A stretch of 64,000 bases of DNA, from NCBI GenBank assembly GCA_035411585.1, contig DAONTI010000005.1, positions 20,976 through 84,975 on the forward strand, given 5' to 3'. The position numbers were made by a program, and so were the translations under genes. Shown here one piece after another: positions 56,093-64,000 of this stretch. Within the stretch, counting starts at the first letter, position 1, and each line of letters opens with the position of its first letter. The stretch comes from Verrucomicrobiota bacterium (lineage in GTDB: Bacteria > Verrucomicrobiota > Verrucomicrobiia > Limisphaerales > MWDV01). The notes under the pieces are model-generated. The model was not told the DNA's origin, did not search any database, and saw nothing but the letters and a program-made list of their open reading frames with translations.

Positions 56093-56228
56093 GCAGGGAT
56101 TCCCGAGGGCGGCGGCGCTGGGGGTGAATCGTTTGCTTTACGGGTGGCGGGTTTTGCGTGGATTGGCCCCACGATGCCGCGCTTGACGCGCTTGTTTCCG
56201 TCCCGGCGCTCCGCTTCGGCTTGTGGAC

Positions 56229-56768
56229 CTATCGTCGGTGCTTTGGGTGGATCCGGATCAGAAAGATTTCCAAACGAATGACTGATTCTCGATCAATGCC
56301 GCAGGCTTGGTGCATGGCATGAGCAAAGAGATGCGGGGGGATGGCAACGTGCCGGTATCCCATCGTCCGCATCCCCAGAATCGCGTAATAAATTCCCGGC
56401 AGGACATCCGCTTGCCGGGCCAACAACCAGAGTCGCTGGTAGCTGACGTTTGACCGGTGCATCTCCGGCGCCTGCCACGCGATCACCGGTTTCCCCTCGA
56501 GGGTCGTCACGTAGGGGATGGGATCCTGTAGGATTGTCTCGAACTCCAACGGATCCCCTTTATTGCGATAAAACTTGAGAACCGCGTCAACGCGATCGGA
56601 GTCTTGGACCGGATCGCCGTACCCGACGATTTCATTCAACAACTTGATTCCGGCCCGAAGCTTCCGGGGCACTTTCTCTGAACGCTCCTCCGTGCGCCTC
56701 TGCGCGCCGAAGGCCTCGCGAGAAAAAACCCTGGCGAAAAGCTCACGAACCCGCTTGGCAATCCTCAT
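56229..56768 (-). CDS. hypothetical protein with divergent FKBP-like fold (tentative)
   Basis: GIKLLNEIVGYGDPVQDSDRVDAVLKFYRNKGDPLEF and VLPGIYYAILGMRTMGYRHVAIPPHLF..VIRLEIFLIRI mirror the FKBP pattern (G.G..p..gd.V.vhY / Gl.gM..G..r...IPp.l). This is weak and from memory. Confidence 0.45.
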   Translation of the reverse strand: MRIAKRVRELFARVFSREAFGAQRRTEERSEKVPRKLRAGIKLLNEIVGYGDPVQDSDRVDAVLKFYRNKGDPLEFETILQDPIPYVTTLEGKPVIAWQAPEMHRSNVSYQRLWLLARQADVLPGIYYAILGMRTMGYRHVAIPPHLFAHAMHQACGIDRESVIRLEIFLIRIHPKHRR

Positions 56769-56805
56769 AGGCGCAGCAGCTTAACGCGGCTAAGCCGCAA
56801 CCAAA

Positions 56806-56872
56806 GGAGCGCAGAATTTATTCCGCGTGTTTCAAGGTCAGCGGGCCACTCGCGGAATAAATTCCGCGCTCC
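56806..56872. repeat. long hairpin: 22-nt arms (21/22 paired), 23-nt loop
   Basis: GGAGCGCAGAATTTATTCCGCG (56806..56827) pairs with CGCGGAATAAATTCCGCGCTCC (56851..56872). On the minus strand it is followed by TTTGGTT. Confidence 0.8.
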
Positions 56873-57320
56873 GGTAAAATCTTTGCAGAATGCGATGATG
56901 TTGGGAGATAGCACTGCAGGGTCAGGCGGCGTGGCTTGTGAGGCTAGATAAATCATCTCGGAGTGGCCAGACGCTCCAAGCACGCCGCGGCGCCCAAGCC
57001 GTCGTCCATCGCACCGCAGATGATGTCGGTGATGTCATCGTCAGAGCCGGCAACTCGCGTGTCGCGGCGAATGGCTGCGAGGAGCCGGCTCATCGCCGAT
57101 CCCGAAGTCACCGTCCAGCCATGCGCGCACGGCGGCCATGGGCGTGAGAGCGCGCAAGCGCTCAAACCGCTCTTTGTTCTGTGGTTGAAACGTCATGTGG
57201 GGTGGGAGGTGCGGACGCTGCTAACGGCCAAAAGCTGAGCCACGCGACCTGCGACTTCCGAACGGCGGAAGTCCGCAGCGCCAAACCGAAAGCGCCCAGG
57301 CGGTTTGCTCCAGCGTTTTG

Positions 57321-57806
57321 TTAGATCTCAATCTCCCCATGCGGTGTCACTTTTGGCAGATACGGAATGCGGAAATCGACAAACCGCTCCTTGGCGTCCT
57401 TTGCTTTCTCCCGAGTATAAATACGTAGGAAAAACTGTGTCGTGCCTTCAGGTGCTGACCAAAACTCCCAAATCATCGGAATGCCACTACGACCGTCATC
57501 TGGCACCCCAACTTGGCAGCCAAACTTGGGGTCAATCTCTGTAGATTCCGCCGAAGTCCGAATGGAAGCCCTCACGGCATAGCGCTCATTGGGGTTGCCT
57601 CCCAACCAACGACATCGGACACGAAGCAATCGGTTGGTTCCGGTAGGATACACATAAACATCCTCAACCCGCATGCTGATGCCATCAGCTATCGTTTTGG
57701 TCTGGGTGATACGCCAAGACCGGATCGGATTGGCCTTTGGCAGCAACACCACCGCCAGCACAGCCATCGCGACGCTGATCCATATGAGTGATTCACGACG
57801 ACGCAT
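57321..57806 (-). CDS. hypothetical membrane-anchored/secreted protein (161 aa)
   Basis: MRRRESLIWISVAMAVLAVVLLP, then a beta-rich domain. The ATG at 57806 is preferred, because the track start at 57839 lies out of frame inside the conserved uORF and abuts the module. Confidence 0.5.
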   Translation of the reverse strand: MRRRESLIWISVAMAVLAVVLLPKANPIRSWRITQTKTIADGISMRVEDVYVYPTGTNRLLRVRCRWLGGNPNERYAVRASIRTSAESTEIDPKFGCQVGVPDDGRSGIPMIWEFWSAPEGTTQFFLRIYTREKAKDAKERFVDFRIPYLPKVTPHGEIEI

Positions 57807-57823
57807 AATTTGAGACCTAACGG

Positions 57824-57862
57824 TTAAGTGAGTGACCATTGCATTGGATTGTTTGCCGCCAT
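57824..57862 (-). CDS. candidate 12-codon leader uORF MAANNPMQWSLT*
   Basis: Hand-translated. It is the paralogue of the 54427..54465 uORF. Codons 4 and 5 differ only synonymously (AAT/AAC swapped). Confidence 0.3.
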   Translation of the reverse strand: MAANNPMQWSLT

Positions 57863-57942
57863 TTCACGGTGCTTGAAGCATGATGATTCCATAACCAATT
57901 GTCAAGCCGTGATTTCGTCGAATCAGCCACTGTTTCTGCCGC
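57841..57942 (-). promoter_or_regulatory. 102-bp promoter/leader module, copy B
   Basis: Homologous to 54444..54545. On the minus strand it carries TTGACA-17 nt-CATGCT. Confidence 0.45.
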
Positions 57943-58052
57943 TAGCAGTGGTCCTTGGGCTGGCTGCCGGATGGCGTCCGATGTCAATGCCGGATTGGGA
58001 TTGCATCGGGGCCGGGCCCACTTCATGTTGACCGCCGACAACCAAATTCATC

Positions 58053-58997
58053 ATGCAAACTCTCACATTGGGCGTCAGTTCTTTGGTGAGCAGCCGGCTG
58101 GCCTACGGCTGCTGGCGGTTGGCGGGCACCTCGAAGCCGGCGGAAGTCACCCCAGCCTCCCGCGCGGCGGGGAAACGCGCCCTCGCCACCGCGTACGAGG
58201 CCGGGTACACACTGTTCGATAACGCGGACGTTTATTGCCGGGGAGAGGCGGAACGGCTCCTGGGCGAGGTGTTGCGGGAAATCTCCGGCATGCGCGAGCG
58301 GGTATTGATCGCCACCAAATGCGGCATCCGGTTGCCCGGCGTGCCGCACCCGGATTCGCCCCACCGCTACGATTTTTCCGCGACCCACATTCTCCAGTCG
58401 TGCGACGAATCGTTGCGGCGCCTGGGGCTGGAAACGATTGACCTTTACCAGTTGCACCGGCCGGATTTTCTGGCGGATCCCGAGGAGGTGGCGGCGGCCT
58501 TCACCCGTTTGCGGGAGGCCGGCAAGGTCCGGTATTTCGGGGTGAGCAATTGCCGGCCCACGCTGTTGACCGCCCTGCAGCGCGCGTGTCCGCTGCCGCT
58601 CATTGTCCAGCAGGTGGAAATCAGCCTGTTCCAGCGGGCCCCATTCACCGATGGCACCCTGGATCAATGTCTCAGCGAACGGATCACGCCCTTGGCGTGG
58701 AGTCCGCTGGCCGGCGGGCTGCTCGGGGACGGCGCCAAACGGCCGCTCGAGGAGCCGGTCAATCATCCGGTGACCGCGACGCAGGCGGCGTTGGACGCGG
58801 TGGCGCAGGCCCACGGCACGACCCGGGCGGTGATTGCGCTGGCGTGGTTGCTCAAGCATCCGAGCCGGATCGTGCCCATCATCGGAACGGTCAACCCCGC
58901 GCGCATCCGCGAGCTGGCGCGGGCGCCGGAGATCGAGTTGACCCGCGAGGAATGGTATCGGTTGCTCCTGGTCGCGCGGGGTGAACCGTTGCCCTAG
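58053..58997 (+). CDS. aldo/keto reductase
   Basis: YGCWRL.., FDNADVYCRGEAE, IATKCG, DLYQLHRPD, YFGVSN, and C-terminal IIGT blocks of the AKR superfamily. Confidence 0.9.
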   Translation: MQTLTLGVSSLVSSRLAYGCWRLAGTSKPAEVTPASRAAGKRALATAYEAGYTLFDNADVYCRGEAERLLGEVLREISGMRERVLIATKCGIRLPGVPHPDSPHRYDFSATHILQSCDESLRRLGLETIDLYQLHRPDFLADPEEVAAAFTRLREAGKVRYFGVSNCRPTLLTALQRACPLPLIVQQVEISLFQRAPFTDGTLDQCLSERITPLAWSPLAGGLLGDGAKRPLEEPVNHPVTATQAALDAVAQAHGTTRAVIALAWLLKHPSRIVPIIGTVNPARIRELARAPEIELTREEWYRLLLVARGEPLP

Positions 58998-59051
58998 CGT
59001 GTTGACGCTGCGGACCGGGTTCACGCGCGAGATCCGCAGACCGCAAGGGAT

Positions 59052-59639
59052 ATGACACCGTCTCCCCAATCCATCCGGGTGTTCATCGCCCTGGCCTTGC
59101 CGGATGCGGTCCGTCAACGTCTCGCGGCCTTGCAGCGGGAACTGCAAACCTACTGGCGGGGAAACTCCATCCGCTGGACTCCCGCGGACCAAATCCACCT
59201 GACGTTGCGTTTCGTGGGCGATATTTCGCTCCATGCGGTGCCGGCGCTGGAAGCGGCGGTGCGGCGGGCGGCGGCGGGGATGGCCGCTTTCTCCCTGGCG
59301 GCCAGCGGCAGCGGCAGCTTTCCCGGAGAGCGTAATCCGCGCGTGTTATGGGTGGGGGTGACGGGCGATCTGGCCGCGCTGACGCGGCTCCAAGAGCGCG
59401 TGTGGGAGGCAACCCAGCCTTGGGGTGAAACAGAAGCCCGCCCCTTTCGGCCGCATCTCACGATTGGCCGGGTAAAAAACCTGCCGCCGGGGCGGCCTCC
59501 GCTTTCCCGGCAGACGAGCGGGCCGAGCGGCGAAGTCTTTGGGCGTTGGCGGGTGGAGGAAGTGTTGTTGATGCGCAGCGAACTCGCCGCCAGCGGGGCC
59601 ACGCACACCGTGCTGGCGCGCGTGCCGTTTACCAGTTGA
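59052..59639 (+). CDS. thpR: RNA 2',3'-cyclic phosphodiesterase (2H family, LigT/ThpR)
   Basis: Two HxT/S motifs, HLTLRF and HLTIGR, at the expected spacing. Length ~195 aa. Confidence 0.85.
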   Translation: MTPSPQSIRVFIALALPDAVRQRLAALQRELQTYWRGNSIRWTPADQIHLTLRFVGDISLHAVPALEAAVRRAAAGMAAFSLAASGSGSFPGERNPRVLWVGVTGDLAALTRLQERVWEATQPWGETEARPFRPHLTIGRVKNLPPGRPPLSRQTSGPSGEVFGRWRVEEVLLMRSELAASGATHTVLARVPFTS

Positions 59640-59661
59640 GGCGGGCACAGGAGACGCCTCC

Positions 59662-59886
59662 GTGGCGGACCGGGGGCGCGGGGGCGGAAAATTCCGGGCG
59701 ATCAAGCTTGGGGCAATTTCCAAGGCGCAGGGGTTATCAGTCCAAACCGACCCGGAGGGCAAAGCCCGATTCCGGGGCTTCTACGGAAAGTACCGGGTGG
59801 TGGTGCCGCACGGCTGCCAGACCCGCAAGCTAGAACTGAGACTCACCCGTGGCGGGACGGCCCCGGCCCGGGTGGTGCGGGAATAA
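59662..59886 (+). pseudogene. possible orphan C-terminal gene fragment (74 codons)
   Basis: ..VQTDPEGKARFRGFYGKYRVVVPHGCQTRKLELRLTRGG.. looks like the end of a CarboxypepD_reg-like beta-sandwich domain seen at the C-termini of glycosidases. There is no plausible N-terminal body. Confidence 0.25.
59685..59749. repeat. 65-bp repeat, orphan copy A
   Basis: 63 of 65 aligned positions match 61677..61746, with a 5-nt deletion relative to copy B (hand alignment). Confidence 0.85.
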
Positions 59887-60060
59887 CACAAAGCTGCGCA
59901 ACCGGTCGCCGACTTTGCGCTTGAAGCGCCTCGCGAAAGAGCGCAGGCTCTACGCATGAGTGCATTTCCTCACGTCAACATTTCCGTGATGGATGCGTCC
60001 CCTGCCAACGTGCAATTCCACCGCATCCGCGCCGATTGAAGGCCCGGGATTTGACGATTT

Positions 60061-61569
60061 ATGACTGCTGCAATTCATTCTTCCAACCACTCCACGCCGC
60101 CCGCCGGCGCAACCCGGGGGCAAACCTCGAAGTCCGCCATGCTGATCTTGGCGGCGGCCGTCACGGTGAACTGCTGCGCTGCCGAGTTGCGCATCGGCAC
60201 GGCTAGCATCAGCATCACCCCGGACCAGCCCGTGGCTCTCGACGGGCAGTTCAACCTGCGCGTCTCGCGGGGCGTGGACAACCCGGTCACCGCCACAGCG
60301 GTGGCCCTCGAGGCGCGCGCGGGCGATCGCACGACCGACCAGGCCATCTTGCTCTCCGCCGATCTCGTGGCGTTCCGCTCGTTCATCCCGCCGCGGGTGC
60401 GCGAACGCTTGCGCGCCCAACTGCCCGGCTTCGATCCGCGCAAACTGGTCCTGACCGCCACGCACACCCACACCGGGCCGGTTACCGAAGAAGGGAAATA
60501 CGACATTCCGAAGGAGGGGGTAATGCCGCCCCGGGAATACGTGGAATTCCTCGTGGCGCGGCTGGTGGACGTCAGCGTGCGCGCCTGGAACCAGCGGCAG
60601 CCGGGCGGCGTCAGCTGGGGGCTGGGGCAGGCCGTGGTGGGCCACAACCGCCGTGCCGTCTATGCCAACGGCACCGCCCAAATGTACGGCGCCACCAGCA
60701 CACCCGAATTCCGCGGCATCGAGGGCGGGGCGGATCACGGCTTGGAATTGCTATTCTTTTGGACGGGGGAAAAGAAGCTCCTGGCGGCCGGCGTCAACAT
60801 CTCCTGCCCCTCCCAGGTGGTGGAAAGCCGGACCACGATCAACGCCGATTTCTGGCATGATGTTCGCGAGCGACTGCGCGCCGCCGCCGGGGCCGAACTC
60901 GGCGTGCTCGGCTGGCCCGGGGCGGCCGGCGATCTCTCCCCCCACTGGCTCTACCGCAAGGCCGCCGAGGAGCGCATGCTCAAATTGCGCGGGCTGTCGC
61001 GCACCCAGGACATCGGGCGCCGGATTGCGGGCGAGGTCCTCGAAGTCAGCGAGCTGACCCGCAGCGACATCCAGCGGGAAGTCCCCTTCGCCCACGAAGT
61101 GGTGGACTTGGTGCTGCCCGCGCGCAAAGTGACCGACGCGGAAGCCGCGGAAGCGATCAAGGAAATCGAGGCCCTCAAGGGAAAGAACGACGCCACCCGC
61201 CGCATAGCGTGGCACCAAGGCACCGTGGACCGCTACCAGGCGCAAGGGGACGCGCCCACCGTTACCGCCGAGGTGCATGTCCTGCGGATCGGGGATATTG
61301 CCATCGCCACCAACCCCTTCGAGCTGTTCCAAGACTACGGAACCCAAATCAAGAGCCGGAGTCCGGCCTTGCAAACGCTGGTGATCGAGCTGACGGGCGG
61401 CCCGAGCGGCTACCTGCCCACCCCGCGCGCCGTCGCCGGCGGCGGTTATAGCGCCATCGTCCAGAGCGGGCAGGTCGGCCCCGAGGGCGGGCAGGAACTC
61501 GTCGAGCGCACCGTGGAAATCATTAAACGCCTATGGAGCAAACCCGCCCCAATGCCCTCGCAGCCCTGA
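60061..61569 (+). CDS. secreted hypothetical hydrolase, neutral-ceramidase-N-terminal-domain-like
   Basis: ELRIGTASISITPDQPVAL.., LVLTATHTHTGPV and DIAIATNPFELF resemble the neutral/alkaline ceramidase-like family (recalled). An alternative start is the ATG at 60139. Confidence 0.55.
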   Translation: MTAAIHSSNHSTPPAGATRGQTSKSAMLILAAAVTVNCCAAELRIGTASISITPDQPVALDGQFNLRVSRGVDNPVTATAVALEARAGDRTTDQAILLSADLVAFRSFIPPRVRERLRAQLPGFDPRKLVLTATHTHTGPVTEEGKYDIPKEGVMPPREYVEFLVARLVDVSVRAWNQRQPGGVSWGLGQAVVGHNRRAVYANGTAQMYGATSTPEFRGIEGGADHGLELLFFWTGEKKLLAAGVNISCPSQVVESRTTINADFWHDVRERLRAAAGAELGVLGWPGAAGDLSPHWLYRKAAEERMLKLRGLSRTQDIGRRIAGEVLEVSELTRSDIQREVPFAHEVVDLVLPARKVTDAEAAEAIKEIEALKGKNDATRRIAWHQGTVDRYQAQGDAPTVTAEVHVLRIGDIAIATNPFELFQDYGTQIKSRSPALQTLVIELTGGPSGYLPTPRAVAGGGYSAIVQSGQVGPEGGQELVERTVEIIKRLWSKPAPMPSQP

Positions 61570-61676
61570 AAGCCAATCCCGCTTCCCCGACCAAACCACG
61601 CCCGCGCACCGTCCTGATCGCCGGCGTTTGCGCCGCCCTGGGAATCGGCGGCGCGGTTTCGCCGGCGGCGCGGAGA

Positions 61677-61746
61677 CGGAAAATTCCGGGCGATCAGGCT
61701 TGGGGCAATTTCCAAGGCGCGCGATAGGGGTTATTAGTCCAAACCG
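61677..61746. repeat. 70-bp repeat, copy B (3' end plus 17 nt of 3' UTR of the oxidoreductase gene)
   Basis: See copy A. On the minus strand it encodes ..VWTNNPYRAPWKLPQA* followed by TCGCCCGGAATTTTCCG. Confidence 0.85.
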
Positions 61747-63001
61747 CCAGTGCCGGGTCGCCAATGATTTGTTCTTTCACCGGGTCCCATTTCACTTTTT
61801 TACCAGTGCGGATGGCGATGTTGCCGAGATGACAAACCGTGGAGGAACGATGGCCGATGGCCACGTCGCAGATGGGGCGTTGCCGGCTCTTGATGCAATC
61901 CAGCCAGTTCTGATAGTGCTGCGCGCTTTGATACAACTTGACCTGGGTTTCGGCGGGGGCCGCGGCCAGTAGTTCTTCGGGTTCCGTCACGAGCAGGCCG
62001 CGGTTGACGTGCAGCACGCCCTTTTCACATTCGAACCGGCACCCTGTCCGGGGCGACGGACTGCGGGTGATGACCTTGAGGCCGTTGGCATATTCGTAAA
62101 TGACCTCGAAGGTCTGGGGGGTCTCGAACCAGCCTTCCGGATTCCACGTGGCGGACGCTTCGATGCTGACAGGGCCGCTTTCATCCATGCCCAGCGCCCA
62201 TTGGGTGATGTCCAGATGGTGTGCGCCCCAGTTGGTCATCTGTCCGCCGCCAAAATCCCAGAAGAAGCGGAAGAGATAATGTACCCGGTTGACGTTGTAG
62301 GGGCGCCACCGGGCGGGGCCGACCCAGAAATCGTAATCCAATTCCGGCGGCGGCTCGCGGTCGGGTACGAGGGGTGGTTTGGCGCGGTCGGCGTAATTCG
62401 TCCCGGGCAGACCCACGTGAATGACCTTGATCCGGCCCAAGTAACCCGAGCGCAGTAATTCACAGGCGCGGCGGAAGCGGGTGTCGGACCGTTGCTGGCT
62501 GCCGTTCTGGACGATCCGCCCCGTGCGCCGGGCGGTTTTCTCCAGTACTTGTCCCTCGCGAATGGTGAGGGTCATCGGCTTCTCGACATACACATCCTTG
62601 CCCGCTTCACAGGCGTGAATGGCCGGCAACGCATGCCAGTGGTCCGGGGTGCTGATGCAAACCGCGTCAATGGATTTGTCTTCCAACAACCGGCGGTAAT
62701 CCGAAAAAGTTTTGCACTTGCTGCCGAGCGCTTTTTCCACGTGAGCTGCCGCGCTGGCGAGGTGCGATTGATCCACGTCGCACACGGCCACGGCATGTTT
62801 CATCAGCGCGTTAATGTTGTTCCGCCCTTGGGCGCCGACGCCGATGAACCCGACGCGGATCAGCTCGGACGGGTTTTGTCCGGTGGCGGCCCGGGTGCGG
62901 TTGAGAAACAGTTGGGGCAGGGCGAGTCCCGCGCCGATCCCGAACGAGGCCTGACCGGCAACCCGGAGAAAAGCGCGGCGGGTAAGCGTGCGTTGATTCA
63001 T
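61694..63001 (-). CDS. Gfo/Idh/MocA-family oxidoreductase with twin-arginine signal
   Basis: MNQRTLTRRAFLRVAG (TAT motif), IRVGFIGVGAQGRNN (Rossmann), EKPMT. The ATG at 63001 is preferred; the track ORF up to 63340 is a shadow extension. Confidence 0.85.
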   Translation of the reverse strand: MNQRTLTRRAFLRVAGQASFGIGAGLALPQLFLNRTRAATGQNPSELIRVGFIGVGAQGRNNINALMKHAVAVCDVDQSHLASAAAHVEKALGSKCKTFSDYRRLLEDKSIDAVCISTPDHWHALPAIHACEAGKDVYVEKPMTLTIREGQVLEKTARRTGRIVQNGSQQRSDTRFRRACELLRSGYLGRIKVIHVGLPGTNYADRAKPPLVPDREPPPELDYDFWVGPARWRPYNVNRVHYLFRFFWDFGGGQMTNWGAHHLDITQWALGMDESGPVSIEASATWNPEGWFETPQTFEVIYEYANGLKVITRSPSPRTGCRFECEKGVLHVNRGLLVTEPEELLAAAPAETQVKLYQSAQHYQNWLDCIKSRQRPICDVAIGHRSSTVCHLGNIAIRTGKKVKWDPVKEQIIGDPALAVWTNNPYRAPWKLPQA

Positions 63002-63078
63002 CACGCGAACGGTATGGCGTTTCCGCGGTGGTCTGTCAATCCAGATGCCCCGCCGTCCGCCGAAAAAGTGGCCGCGCC

Positions 63079-64000
63079 TCAGCCTTGTTGCGCTTGCTTG
63101 GCCCAGGTGTCTTTGAGCGTGATGGTGCGATTGAACACCAGCTTCCCGGGCGTGCTCTCCTTGTCCAGGGCGAAGTAGGCCAGCCGCTCGAACTGGTACC
63201 GCGCCTCCGGCTGCGCCTCGCGCAGACTTGGTTCGGCCTTGGCGGTGATGACTTCCAGACTGTGCGGATTGAGATGCTGCTTGAAATCGCCGGTGGCGTC
63301 GGGCTCGGGGACGGTGAACAGGCGGTCGTACAACCGGCATTCAATATCGAGGGCATGCGCGGCGCTGACCCAGTGGATTGTTCCCTTGACTTTACGGCTG
63401 GCGGTGGCGCCGCCGGTTTTGCTGTCCAGATCCGCCGTGCAACGCAACTCGATGATGTTGCCCGCCGCGTCCTTCACCACTTCCTGGCATTGAATGATGT
63501 AGGCGTATTTCAGGCGTACTTCGCCGCCCGGTTTCAGACGGAAAAACCTGGGCGGCGGCGTTTCCATGAAATCGTCGCGTTCGATGAACAACTCGCGGCT
63601 GAACGGAATTTGACGTTTGCCGGCGGCGGCGTCCTCGGGATTGTTGACGGCCGCGAGGGTTTCGGTTTGTCCTTCGGGATAATTCGTGATGACCACCTTC
63701 AGCGGACGCAGCACGGCAAGCCGGCGCAGCGCGTGACGGTTCAAATCCTCGCGGATGGCGAATTCCAGGACGGCGACGTCGGTGAGACCGTTGTATTTGG
63801 TGATGCCGATGTGGTAGGCAAAATTACGCAGGGCCGCCGGCGTCACGCCGCGCCGCCGCAAGCCGCTGATGGTCGGCAGGCGCGGATCATCCCATCCGGC
63901 GACCAACCCCTCGTTGACGAGTTGCAGGAGCTTGCGTTTGCTCATGACGGTGTAGCCGAGGTTCAGCCGGGCAAACTCGTATTGGTGGGGCCGGGGACGC
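63079..64000 (-). CDS. glnS: glutaminyl-tRNA synthetase (C-terminal ~306 codons; N-terminus beyond the right edge)
   Basis: The frame stays open upstream of the track's Met: RPRPHQYEFARLNLGYTVMSKRKL is the GlnRS MSK/VMSKR motif, followed by the anticodon-binding beta-barrels (..GTIHWVSA..). Confidence 0.9.
   Translation of the reverse strand, partial: RPRPHQYEFARLNLGYTVMSKRKLLQLVNEGLVAGWDDPRLPTISGLRRRGVTPAALRNFAYHIGITKYNGLTDVAVLEFAIREDLNRHALRRLAVLRPLKVVITNYPEGQTETLAAVNNPEDAAAGKRQIPFSRELFIERDDFMETPPPRFFRLKPGGEVRLKYAYIIQCQEVVKDAAGNIIELRCTADLDSKTGGATASRKVKGTIHWVSAAHALDIECRLYDRLFTVPEPDATGDFKQHLNPHSLEVITAKAEPSLREAQPEARYQFERLAYFALDKESTPGKLVFNRTITLKDTWAKQAQQG

Overview
This is a gene-dense, high-GC chromosomal segment with about 55 credible protein genes. 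I found no rRNA, tRNA, CRISPR array, transposase or integrase. The gene content (a PEP-CTERM protein, DUF1080, a BNR sialidase-like protein, GH78 rhamnosidase, a TAT-signal Gfo/Idh/MocA oxidoreductase, a Bacteroidetes-type ParE, many ATGA start/stop overlaps) suggests a Verrucomicrobiota/Planctomycetota-like bacterium; that is inference only. Both window edges cut genes the ORF track misses: rtcB at the left and glnS at the right.

Gene blocks:
- Housekeeping: parE, ugd, proA, eda, lipA-grx-gcvH-aceE, glnA, thpR.
- A sugar-uptake/isomerase cluster at 3.4-8.2 kb.
- A glycan-degradation block at 29.8-39.3 kb.
- An ABC-2 exporter operon that ends in a His/Asp/Glu-rich TPR protein.

Most interesting observations:
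1. 39.7-50.0 kb holds a Wsp-ordered chemosensory operon (MCP-CheW-CheR/TPR-CheW-CheA/REC-CheB). Its seventh gene is a REC-HisKA-HATPase-REC-REC-Hpt phosphorelay kinase, not a diguanylate cyclase.
2. 11.1-13.1 kb is a decayed toxin-antitoxin island. Several antitoxin ORFs survive, but every PIN toxin is reduced to a stub or disrupted. It contains a 109-bp near-perfect direct repeat and is flanked by a 28-bp perfect palindrome.
3. A 102-bp promoter/leader module is shared by two minus-strand secreted-protein loci, the S8 peptidase/PEP-CTERM operon and an orphan gene. Each copy carries a 12-codon uORF starting MA(T/A)NNPM.
4. Several distinct long palindromic intergenic elements are present, plus a 65-70 bp repeat that forms the 3' end of one gene and also exists as an orphan copy.

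Most long ORFs in the track that lie antisense to or out of frame with these genes are Arg/Pro/Gly-rich shadow frames typical of high-GC DNA.
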